From Eledone cirrhosa (lineage: Eukaryota), in assembly GCA_964016885.1 (NCBI GenBank), contig OZ024743.1, forward strand, positions 258,540,001 to 258,604,000: DNA of 64,000 nt, given 5' to 3'. How positions within the stretch are numbered: the stretch's first letter is position 1; each line of letters begins with the position of its first letter. Positions 39,826 through 51,182 of the stretch are shown here, piece by piece. The notes below the pieces were generated by a model, which was given only the letters and a program-made list of their open reading frames with translations, did no database searches and was not told where the DNA came from. The translations under genes were made by a program, and so were the position numbers.

Positions 39826-39924
39826 AGTCAGGATTTTAAATATCTCTTTCTATATATATACATATATTTACACATCTACACACAGCACATTTATATATGT
39901 ATGTGTATATATATATATATATAA

Positions 39925-40220
39925 AGGGTAAATGACCATGGGAATTGCAAATAGAAAGTTCCCCTCTGAGACAAAAGCCCAAGAAAGGTATTTTTTATGA
40001 AAGACCTGCAGTCATCGATGCATACCAGTCCCCCCTCTCAAAATTACTGATGTTGTCTAAGGGGAAGACAATGGCTGATGCAGTTTAGCACTAGTGACAC
40101 AGCAACTCATTTCTACAGCTAATTGAACAGGAGTAAAGTATCATGCTCAAGGACAAAACACACCGCCAGGTCTAGGAATTGAACTCACAACTCTCTGACC
40201 ACTAAGCTGCATATCTTCAC
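39925..40220 (-). mobile_element. tRNA-derived CORE-like SINE
   Basis: rc GAGTTCAATTCC B-box followed by tgtccttgagcatgatacttt. Confidence 0.65.
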
Positions 40221-40221
40221 C

Positions 40222-40257
<36 letters not shown>

Positions 40258-40502
40258 TATATCATCATCATCATCATTGTTTAATGTCCATTTTCCACGC
40301 TACCATGGGGTAGATGAGTTGTCCCATTAGAAGCAAGTTGGATCAGGTGATCATGTCTTGCTCATATAGAACTGTTTCTGGCTAGGTTTCTACAGCTGTA
40401 TGCCCTTCTTAACATCACCCACACTTACTGTGTGTGCTGGGTGCTTTTTGTCATGACTCCTACATGACCACTTTATAGTGAGTGCTGGGTGCTTTTTGTT
40501 GT

Positions 40503-40548
<46 letters not shown>

Positions 40549-40701
40549 GAAACACACAGATACATGCGGACACACACATATACATGAATGCATCCACACC
40601 AAACCGCGAGTTAAGGGTGCCAACCTCACCGATGTTGCTCAATGAATGACTGGGACAGACCAATCCGGTTGAACCAGACTGAACCAGTATCAGAGTTAAA
40701 A

Positions 40702-41107
40702 ATACATTATGAAGAGAGAAGGAACATTTAGATATAATTAGTAATAAAATGTATCATACCTAAACTGCTCCTAGATTCCTCGACTACGTAGTTTCGTGGC
40801 ATAAACAAAAACAATACATCATAAAGATATAGAGTCCTTGCGAGCTCTGTTTCTCGACCGTTATATCGCGTGACTATCTCCCCCTCCGCCTTTTGGGATT
40901 CTTTCTCACGTCGTGTAGACGCGTTCTTGAGGCTAGTAAAATGAGGTATCCTCTTGATAAGTCGGCAGACCTCGCAAGGACTCTATATCTTTATGATGTA
41001 TTGTTTTTGTTTATGCCACGAAACTACGTAGTCGAGGAATCTAGGAGCAGTTTAGGTATGATACATTTTATTACTAATTATATCTAAATGTTCCTTCTCT
41101 CTTCATA

Positions 41108-41112
<5 letters not shown>
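40702..41112. mobile_element. Fold-back HHR cassette (arms ~40702-40849 and ~40966-41112)
   Basis: near-perfect ~145-bp inverted arms, followed by (TA)n. Confidence 0.88.
40949..41038 (+). ncRNA. Hammerhead with U3-A8 covariant core and long stem II insert
   Basis: tcctc-TTGATAA-gt(c)ggca...tgccac-GAAA-ctacgtag-TC-gagga; ACTACGTAGT is palindromic. Confidence 0.75.
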
Positions 41113-41153
<41 letters not shown>

Positions 41154-41295
41154 TAGGTAGTATGGTGAAATACTGGTGTTGGTACCATAACTCCTATGGG
41201 CCACCTTGAGCCAATCCTCTGTGAAATGCACGTAACAGGCCAATACAATAAATATTATTTTTCATATGTAAACGAAATTTTTTCGTTTTTTCTAC

Positions 41296-41329
<34 letters not shown>

Positions 41330-41408
41330 AGTTTATCCCGGGTTGAATTGGGGGTAACCACAGTAAGTAAGGTACTCAATACAAAGCAGAGTATAAATAT
41401 TAATATAG

Positions 41409-41467
41409 AAATGGCTTCCTGATGATTTCTCCTGAATGAAACAGTTCTAGTCCTGTAGAAGCCATTT
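41409..41467 (+). ncRNA. Hammerhead, canonical core, 10-bp stem I
   Basis: aaatggcttc-CTGATGA-tttc tcct gaat-GAAA-cag ttctagtc ctg-TA-gaagccattt. Confidence 0.82.
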
Positions 41468-41472
41468 ATATA

Positions 41473-41511
<39 letters not shown>

Positions 41512-41518
<7 letters not shown>

Positions 41519-41760
41519 TGTACTAAACAACATAAGGCAATTATTCCATTTACTAGTGGTTTCTTAAAAGCAAAAAATTTTGCTTTCAATCCTCAGAATG
41601 AAAAAATCTGAGGATTGAAAGCAAATTTCTTTGCTTTTAAGAAACCACTGGTTAATAGAATAATTGCCTTATGTTGTTTATTACATAACTATTAAGCTCT
41701 GTTACCTACATAGAGCACTCTTTTTTCCTGGACTTTTCCGACGGAATTACTTCATTCACA
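41512..41760. mobile_element. Fold-back HHR cassette (arms 41512-41598 and 41606-41692)
   Basis: inverted arms with a 7-nt spacer, TA tracts on both sides. Confidence 0.85.
41545..41602 (-). ncRNA. Hammerhead, canonical core; mirror copy 41608-41653 (+) has a damaged stem I
   Basis: rc: ttcatt-CTGAGGA-ttgaaagcaaa attt tttgcttttaa-GAAA-ccactag-TA-aatgga. Confidence 0.78.
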
Positions 41761-41828
41761 CATATATATATATATATATATTAATGAAAAAGAACAAAGG
41801 AACTATTATGACATTATAACAAGTTTAT

Positions 41829-41875
41829 TGCCGACAGCCGTTTCGTCCGACCATATGGTGGGACTTTTCAAGGCA
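41829..41875 (-). ncRNA. Hammerhead with U3-A8 covariant core, GUC site
   Basis: rc: tgcc-TTGAAAA-gtcccacc atat ggtcggac-GAAA-cggctg-TC-ggca, AATAAA overlapping the stem end. Confidence 0.82.
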
Positions 41876-42087
41876 TATAACATGTGATATACATACATAC
41901 ATATACAAATACAAATATATTCATTTTACTAAGGCTAAATAATAAGTCTTCTTACTCTTGAGTTTCACTTAGGTAAAACTAGAGAGTGCCAAAACTCACT
42001 ATTTAGCCTTACTAAACTAAATATTATAATTCTACTTCAGTATTTAGTACTCTTTTCTCTCAACCATCAACTACATACAGATATATG

Positions 42088-42119
<32 letters not shown>

Positions 42120-42609
42120 ACACACACACACACACATATTATAATTGTATGTGTATCATTATGCTCTATTATATTATATCTTATTATTGCTATTGTGTAC
42201 TGTTATCACCAAATTTACTGTATATTTACTCTCATATTATTATCGTTATGTTAGATATGATTGTTAGTTATTTATATTGTTTAGGAATCAATATTTTAAC
42301 TTGAGTTTCAAAGAAATGTTATTGTGATAAATACATAACAATCAAGTTTATTGAATTGAATTCAATAATTGAATAAAATAATATAGAAAACTAAAAACAT
42401 GATTGTATCTACCTTGCAGGCAAACCAATTCTTAGAAGCACCATGCTTCAACAGAATATCTCTAAATACTATTAGGAAGAAAATTGGTTTCATCCCTCTA
42501 TCTACTTCCCCTTCTCACTCTCTCATACTCACTCTCTCTCTCCCTTTATATATATATATATATATATAGCTGTTTCTCTAGCAATATTTGTATATGTTCA
42601 TGTGTGTAT

Positions 42610-43770
42610 ATCATCATCATCATCATCATCCTTTTTACGTCCGTTTTCCATCCTTACATGGGTTGGATGGGTCTTTTTAAACACAGCTTTTTTTCATCAT
42701 CTCCTCTGCCAGCCTCAGAGATTTGAGGTCAACCCTTGCCCAGGTCTTTCTCAGTCTACCTCTACTGCGGCTTCCATTAAAGAGCATTTCCTGGCACATC
42801 TTCACCCATCAATCATGTGCATCACATGTCCATACTAAAGCAGTCTTCTCTCTTCGAAACCACCTTGGATTCCTCTTAAACCCAGCTTCTCCTTCAGTTC
42901 ATCTAAGCTCTGCCTTTCTCTCACATTTACATTATACATCCAACAAAGCATGGCTGCTTCCTTTCTCTCCAGTCTATGCATGTCTTCTGCAGTCACTAGT
43001 CACGTTTCTCTATTATGCAGTAGTGCACTTTGCATGCAGGTGTCATATACATCATATGTATGGTGAAACCTTTTGTTGTCAACAGTGGGCATAGCTCTCT
43101 AAACTTCATCCATCCTGCCCTTATTCTAACCATTATGCTGTCAGAGTTTGTGAACGTTCCTCATAGAACCTTTCCTTTTGGTTTTTACTTAGTCCTGTCT
43201 GTGGAGCATAGGTAGATGTAATTGTCACCATTTTTTCTACAGCTATTCTAAGCTTGATGATTCTGTCACTTACCCTAACTATTTCTATCACCTTATTTAT
43301 CCATTTCACAGCTAGTAAGATGCCACACCTCCTACACCATTGTCATTACCTACCCAATAGAGATTACATCTCTGTTGTTTGCCTGTGATTAGTCTCGCTC
43401 AGACTCCCCTCCATCTCATCACTTGCACACAACATACATCTACTTCTTTTATCCCAAACAGTTCCACAATTTCACCTGATTTACCTTTCATGCTGCCAAT
43501 GTTGAGGGTCGCAGTCCTGAGATTTGTACCTTGATAGTTGTTATTTCCTTGGGTTGAGATTCTATGTACCTGAAAGAGAAAAAGGCTGTGCGATTGCTTG
43601 ATGACAGTTGAATGGTTCTCACACATGGCTACTTGAGCCACCCCACTACCGAGCATGGTACTAACATGATTAGTGTTAGCCCTGTATCTCCAATTAGTGA
43701 AAATCGTATTTGTGCTTGTCATATTTTGGGAGGGTTTTTCTGACTGGATGCCCTTCCTATCACCAACCAC
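42610..43770 (-). mobile_element. RTE LINE with large internal deletion (same family as 10455-12925)
   Basis: LRTATLNIGSMKGKSGEIVE..VDVCCVQ joined near 43150-43190 to the RT 3' end and (GAT)n tail. Confidence 0.85.
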
Positions 43771-43829
43771 TTTACAGCACTAGACAGGTTGTCTTACTGG
43801 ACTCAAGAGTACTCTCCACCCTATATCGG

Positions 43830-44060
43830 TTTTTATTTGGAGTGTCTACTCTCCTAGATAGGTTGCCTTCACTTCAGCTTATAGAGCCATACGTCTGCCA
43901 CTTGCAGTCCTTTTTAATCAGGGTCACTGCCCTCCTAGACAGGTTACTTTCACTAGAGCTTACAGAGTCCACGTCTACCCAGTGCAGTTATTTTTAATCA
44001 GAGTCACTGCCCTCTTAGGCTTGTACCTTCACTATAGCTTGCAGAGTACATGTCTTCCTC
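43830..44060. repeat. ~81-bp degenerate tandem repeat x3 upstream of the RTE
   Basis: recurring tttttaatcag.gtcactgccctc.tag...ttcact..agctt.cagagt. Confidence 0.7.
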
Positions 44061-44591
44061 GTTATCATAATCTTACCTTACTTGGGACAGCAGCAAATAG
44101 TAGAGTAGCAATATACTTTGGTGATGTCAAAGAGAGTGAGTGAAGAAAGCAATGGACACGGAAATGAGGGGTATATAAGGTAATTTCAGATAAATTATTT
44201 AACTGGAAGGTGGGGGATAGGATGTGGGAGGGTGGGATGCAGAAACGTCCATGAAGTAAGCAAATAAATTCTAGAAGGAAAATAAATTCAAGACAGAAAA
44301 AGTAAGCAACGCAGGAGATGACCATGAAGTAAGGAAATAAATTTAAGGTGGAAAAAACAGAGAAAGAAATTTTACTGAATGGAGTAATTAATTCAACATA
44401 TAGGTAGAAATAAGAAAAAGGAAACTTATCTTTCCTTCATAGGTAGAAATATGAAGATGTATCTTGCCTGCCATATCTGAATAGCGTGCACCCCATTTAG
44501 TAGTGGCCGGTTTGTTTAGAGTAACTGAGATCGGGAATGAGGGGAGGAGAAGAGAGAGAGAGAGAGGGAGACATAGATCCACGAAGTTAAG

Positions 44592-44628
<37 letters not shown>

Positions 44629-44631
<3 letters not shown>

Positions 44632-44984
44632 CAAGAAAGTAAGTGTTGGTAAAATCCAGTACTTCAGTATGCGGATAGGGAGCACTCAACGAAGATATAA
44701 GTTCCGGAGTTATAATAGTGACGAAACATAAGTCAATTGCATGAACTCATAATCCTTTATTTACTGCTATATATATATTTTGATGATAGCCATTGAATGG
44801 CTATGACCTCATTAGGCAGTTAGTCAGTTCTTAGATATGCCAACTCTGTGTTTATAGTGTTGATAGTATCAGAGCCTTGGGACATATGATGAGGTCATAG
44901 TCATGCAATGGCTATCATCGAAATATATATAGCAGTAAATAAAGGATTATGAGTTCATGCAATTGACTTATGTTTCGTCACTAT
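44629..44984. mobile_element. Fold-back HHR cassette (arms ~44715-44812 and ~44889-44984)
   Basis: inverted arms, TA tracts on both sides. Confidence 0.85.
44763..44820 (-). ncRNA. Hammerhead motif, mutated; the mirror copy 44886-44936 (+) retains TGATGA and GAAA
   Basis: rc: actgc-CTAATGA-ggtcatagccat tca atggctatcatc-AAAA-tatatata-TA-gcagt-aaataaa. Confidence 0.65.
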
Positions 44985-44989
44985 ATATA

Positions 44990-46015
44990 TATCATCATCA
45001 TCATCATCATCACATGTTTATTTTCCATGCTTGCATGGATTAGACAAGTTGTTCACATTATGAGACAAGATTAGCCAGATGGCCACACCATATCTTGCAT
45101 ATATCAGGACTGTATGTTGGCTGGGCTTTTATGGCTATGGATGCCCTTCCTAACACAAACTACATTTACAGTGTGGAGCTGGGTGGCACCATTATGAGGA
45201 GGGTCTGGCCAGTTGGCTGTTCCATACCCTGCTCAGAGTGGAACTGTAATTTGGGGGCTGAGTGGTCCCATTATGAGGAAAGTCTGGTCAGTTATCCTTG
45301 CCAAGCCTTGCTCATAGTGGGGCCATGTTTAGGCTGGGCTTTTACAGTTACAGGATGCTCTTCCCACCACCAACCATGTTTACAGTGTGGAACTGGGTGG
45401 TCTTGTTATGAGATAAGTCTGACCAGTTGGCCATGCCATACCCTACCCACTGTGAAAATATATTTGGGGAGCTGGGTATTCCCATTATAAAGGAAGTCTG
45501 GCCAGTTGGTCGAGCCATGCCTTGTTCATTGTGGGGCCGTGTTTAGGCTGATTTTTTATGGCTGCTGGATGCCCTTCCTTTTATGGCTGCTGGATGCATG
45601 TATATAAGCACATGGAAATAGGAAGAGACACTACGTACTAGTAGAAAAGAATTAGAACTGAAGCATATATATACATATATATAGTGTGCACCACCCCATC
45701 CCACCCACTCCCATACATCTCCCATGAGGACATGCTGAAGATCCAGTGGAGCCTCCAGCCAACACTGTAAAGTAGTCGTATAGGTGACAGGACAAAAAGT
45801 GCCCACACCATAAAGTGTTTGTGTAGGTGTCACCCAGTCCACACTGTAAATGAGGTTGGTTTTAGGAAGAGCATCCAGCTGTAGAAATCAAGCCAGAATC
45901 AGTTCTGTATGAGCATGACATAGTCACCTGACCTGGCATTGCTCACAATACGACAACTCGTTTAACCCATACTAGCATGGAAAAACTGGACGTTATACAG
46001 TGATGATGACAACGA
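44990..46015. mobile_element. Back-to-back RTE-tail/SINE-like copies, the left one with internal degenerate tandem amplification
   Basis: (ATC)n at the left end, gatgat tail at the right end; gtctggccagttgg recurs four times. Confidence 0.65.
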
Positions 46016-47070
46016 TAATGTTGATCTACATGATAAATGAACCAGTACCCTCTGTGAAGTGGTTGGTGATAGGAATAGAAGGCTTGCCAAACAAAATGCT
46101 GAGAGGACCATCAGAAGTGTCAAATACATGATAACCTCTCTTGTGCACTTGACAGAACATGAGACCATACATAAGCAAGACACATATCTCTGGCCTATCT
46201 GGGAGATCAGTAGCTCTGCTTCTGTACTGATGTGCTCTATGTAAACTCAGTGGCTTATTTTGGGCTCAGAACTTCTCTTGTAGTAGCCTCACTAAGAAGA
46301 GGGCTCTGTAGTACTTTTCCCAGGCATGAAACCAAAATGCATCTTGTCTGATTTGACTTTTTCCCTAATTAGCTGCACTATAGCTTTCTGCCCCTTTCAT
46401 AACTTTATTAGTTTTATTCCTCTATAGTTGCTCCTTTGTAGAGCATCACCTTTCTCTGCATACTTTCTATTTTAGGCTAATATGTGTGTGTGTGTTATAT
46501 ATATATATATCATCATCATCATATATATATAATCTATTTTTAGAATCGATGAGAAATTATATTATATGTAAATTAGTAAGTCCATTTCAGAATAATGTTA
46601 AGAGTGAATGAGTATATATACCCATCAACTACATCTTTTCTTGACATTATTTACATCATATACATATCTTCAGTAAAACATGAAAATCAATTAAATATAT
46701 CTATCATTTTTTCAATCTACAGGGAAATTTATATTTTCTGGCATGTTTAAATGTCTCCAAATTATATATTTATACACGTTGGTGCAATCTTTGTTACACA
46801 CTGTATATTTATACAGATATAACTGTATATATACATATATGTTGGAGTGTGTGTATTTTACTTTTTTTTTTTCTTTTTTTTTTTTTTTGGTTCCTTCATC
46901 TTCGAAGAGATATCTTCTCAATTCTGAAAATCTTTTACATTGAAATTTGAAGATTGCTTTTATAAGAATATTATTCCCCGAGTATGTGTACATTTGGTAG
47001 AATATTCTGGAGTGCATGTGTTAAGTAACTTCATCTTTAAAAAAATTATAATTTACTCTCCATTTTGTTA

Positions 47071-47626
47071 TCTTTATATATATAAAAGCGAGGATGTGTG
47101 TGTGTCTGTGTACAACTTGGCATGCATAAGGCTTTCACAATTACCAACTGAATTTGACCAAATTTTCTGTGCACGTTGCACAGGTCGCTAAGATTGTTAC
47201 ATCACAAACATTTTCAAATCGACCCACGTTGAGCAATAAAAAATCGATATCAAAATTATCGGTAGAAAAATTGATGTAAGGGAGATAACAAACTTTATTG
47301 ACAATCCTTATAAAAAAAGGAGATAACCTTTTCACCAAATATGCCTGTACTTTTTGTACTTTAGCAAAACTGCCTGTTTTTTTTTACAGATTTGCAACGT
47401 GTATTGTCTTTAATCATTTGTATAACTACATCCTGTTCAGTGTTTTCCTTCATTATCAGCATAGTTTTATGTGTACAAAGATTGCACTAAATATTCGTTT
47501 GCATTAATTATTGAAGACTTCTGCTTATTTTGACAGGTTGGGACAAATAATGTTCTTCTTTTACTTCCTAGCTGTATATTCTTAGCATAATTTCAAACCC
47601 CGAGCAACGCCAGGTAAATCTGCTAG
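47071..47626 (+). mobile_element. Non-autonomous Helitron
   Basis: A|TCTTTATATATATAAAA start; 3' hairpin-like cccgagcaacgccagg then CTAG|T. Confidence 0.82.
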
Positions 47627-48889
47627 TATTGAATAAAGAAAAATTGTATTGAATTTTAAAAAATCAGTAATGCAGATATTTAAGCAAATTCAAAAATAAT
47701 TGTCTTTTAGTTGATTCAAGGCATTATGCTTATATTATTTTACTGATATATATCAAATGTTTTATCACTGTCAACTGTTGGATAAGCAGAGTATTACTGA
47801 GAGAGAAGACAAAGAGTTAATTGCAGAGGATGATGGGAATAGAACCATTGATGGCTGTTACAAAGAGAAATCAAATGGGATGGTTGTATCATGTATTGAG
47901 GAAGGATGAAGGTGATAGGGTCGAGAAATAGAACCAGTGATAAATCAGGTAAAGAGAAATGGAATGAGAGGCTTAAGTCATGTGTTGAAAGCAATTGAGT
48001 TAGATGAGTGATGAAAATTAATGTGGAAGGAAATTGATGAGAAAAGTGAAGAAAAATATGGCTAAAGATGATGAAAGAGGAAATGAAAACCAGGGCTTTT
48101 GTGAGTGGGGTGCAAATGATGGAGCACAATGGAGAAGCTTGATAAGAAGTCCTCAGTGCTATCTCCTGCATTAGCAGAGAAAAGACCTTAAAATACTCGT
48201 TGTTGTATCATATTGGTTTACATTCTACAAGGTTCTACAAGTTGTTAAAAAGTAGAGCAAGACAGACTAATCAGCTTGAGCAGCAGTCTGGTATATCTTT
48301 CTGGATGGAGATGGTATTTTATTTTGTGGGTGTTACCAACTTTCTGTTAAATCATTGCAGGATATTAAGAGTTAATTAATAAACTACACTTAGAACATTA
48401 ATTTTAGCATAATTGACAGCATCACATTATATAGTAAATAAAATCTTTACTCTAATACTACAAATATTGACAACCATCTGTAAAGATACTATAAACATAT
48501 GAATTAACAAACTTCTTTTTAGATATTTTCTGATAAATTATTGCAGAAAGTTAAGAGTTAAAGCTGTTATGTGTTTTATTTCTTATCATTTCCTGTTATT
48601 AATGGACCAAAAACACAAAACCATAACGAGCAAAACAATAACGTTTTACAACAAACTAAATAATATCACAGCTCAAAAAGAACTACCATTTTAACAATTT
48701 ATATTAGTTTCATTTATGTTTTTGTTTACATATCTATTCTTTTCATTATTGCTTAAAAATTAATTCCATTCTCAATGGTCGACCATTTTTCCATCCTATA
48801 GTTAATTCTACAATGAGAACTCCTCCATTATCAATAGGCAGCCTTAAGCACTTTTTTCAAAGATTGATAGTGGTCTTGCTTCTTGATTA

Positions 48890-48943
48890 CTCTCTCTTGT
48901 TCTCCCTTTCTCTCTCTCTTTCTCTTCCTATCTCTCACCCTAT

Positions 48944-49008
<65 letters not shown>

Positions 49009-49390
49009 TCTCATTCTCTCTCTTTCTCTCCCTATCAATGTCTCCTTCATTCTCTCCCCAACGGTCCCTCTCATTCTCCCTCGCTTTTTCTAACACAGTA
49101 GAGCAGTTGGTTGATAGAGAGAGGTGGAGAGAGAAAAAGAGGAGAAAAAAGAAAGAGGGGAAATTGTAGAGAGAAAAAAGAGAAAGAGGGGAATTTGGAA
49201 AGAGAGAAAGAAAAAAGTGAGGAGATTTAGATAGAGAAGAGGAGAGAGAGAGTGGGGAAAAGAGAGCAAGAAGAGAGAGAGATGGGAGATGAACTGTGAG
49301 GCAGAGAAAGAAGGCAAAGAGTGAGATATAGAGAGATTGGGAAGAGAAGGAAAGAAAATAGAGAGAAGAGAAATAAAATAGAAGGAGGAT
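48890..49390. repeat. CT-rich block followed by GA-rich block
   Basis: direct inspection. Confidence 0.9.
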
Positions 49391-50615
49391 GCTGAATGTG
49401 TTCATTGTATTCAATATAAACCTGGGTTTCTCATTATTGCTCTTCTAGTTTACAGTTATTGGTTGGTTCCTGGATAATGATTGGTTAAACAGTTCAGTCA
49501 TTGTTGTTATTGTTGTTGTCGTTGTTGTTGTTGCTGTTGTTATATTTGATGTTATTTTTATTGTTGTTGTTGCGTTTGTTGTTGTTATTGTTGTTGTTGT
49601 TACAGTGCTTATGGTCCCTGTTATTGTTAAATTCTTCTTACTGATTTTTTATTTCTTTAGTGTCACCAATTATTACTAAATTTGCGCCTTAGATTTAGCT
49701 GTTTTGTTTGTTATTACTGCTGTAGTTGTTGTTCTTTTTCTGTTCAAATCAATTTAAGATGAGGTTTTCTGCATATATGTCATTCTACTTTTCTTTTGTA
49801 GTCACCTTGATGGCTTTAAGGGTTGATTTTACACAATTTCTAGTTACATTCCATAGAATTTCTTCATTTTTATGTAATATCATTTTTTATATTTTCTGCT
49901 GAAAACTTTTAATAATTAGGAAATATTGCACTTCACCTGCTGTCATGCGGTTTTCTCCCTTCAACACTGGGCCACCTCTCATGACATGCCTCTCCATGAG
50001 TTTGTTAAGCATGGCTTAGATACAGATGATTTCATCTTGCAGCTAGAACCAAGGCAATGACAAAAGGCCAGATGGCATCACAATCTTCCTATTCTGAGAA
50101 GTTGTGCTGTGTAGCTACCTATCTATTCATGCCAGAAAGGAAACAACATAAATGTTAAAACAATAATAATGGTGATGTTGATAATATTTGAAATGTATAT
50201 AACAGTGGTTGCAAACATCTGTGTATATCTGGTTTAGAATATGTACATTGTATCCCAACATGTTGTGAGAGGCAACTAAAAAAATGGTTGAACCAGGAAA
50301 GGTATCTGACTATAAAACCTTGCCTCAAAGAATCTATCATCAGGTCAGGCAAGGCTAACCCCTGCTTTACCGGACAAAATATCCTTGAATAACTTCTTGT
50401 TATTGAAGAATTTATAGTATGTGTGCCCAAGATAGCATGTGTAAATATTTTATAGGCATGTAGGAGATATATTTTTTGTTAGCGATTTTATCTATTTAAA
50501 AAGTGTGCAAAATTTAATTTATCGTCTTTTATCTCACTGATTCAAAATTGAAATATAAATTTAAATGAAAAAACATGTCATCTCTGATCAAAACAAAGCG
50601 AAGGTGTGTTTGAAT

Positions 50616-50925
50616 ATATATAAAAATGAGAAAACTCATTGCTACTACACCCATTAAAACAGCTAAATGCTGTCAAAGACAGCAATGCACAAAAATGCCT
50701 CAGAAGCCAGCGGGCAACAGAGAGACAATCCATAAGGTCGGTGACAGGCAGATAAAATATAGCAAAGATATAAAGAGACTAGCCATTAAAACAATTGTGT
50801 ATTGTCTTTCTGTTGACCACTGGCTGCTGGTTTCTGTCCTTTGAGGTGTGTTTGCTCATCACTGTCTTTGACAGCATTTAGCTGTTTTATGGCTGTCCTA
50901 GTGATGAGTTTTCTCATTTTTATAT
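50616..50925. repeat. Diverged fold-back element (arms ~50616-50729 and ~50801-50925)
   Basis: atataaaaatgagaaaactcat / atgagttttctcatttttatat and taaaacagctaaatgctgtcaaagacag / ctgtctttgacagcatttagctgtttta. Confidence 0.8.
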
Positions 50926-51071
50926 GTACTGAGATATAAATGTTTGTTTGTTAAAATGACCACTGGTTTGTCAAAGTGGGGACAATTCTCAGCTTACAGG
51001 TAATGTTTATCATTAATACTATATCATCAAAAACTATAAACATTGACATCTGGTAGTCAAGGTGGGGGCCA

Positions 51072-51182
<111 letters not shown>

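Noticed and set aside
48813-49414. SL/ER-rich ORFs
   Set aside because: Translations of CT/GA repeats.
50155-50430. Possible host exon
   Set aside because: No recognisable homology or paired splice sites; cannot be supported without RNA data.
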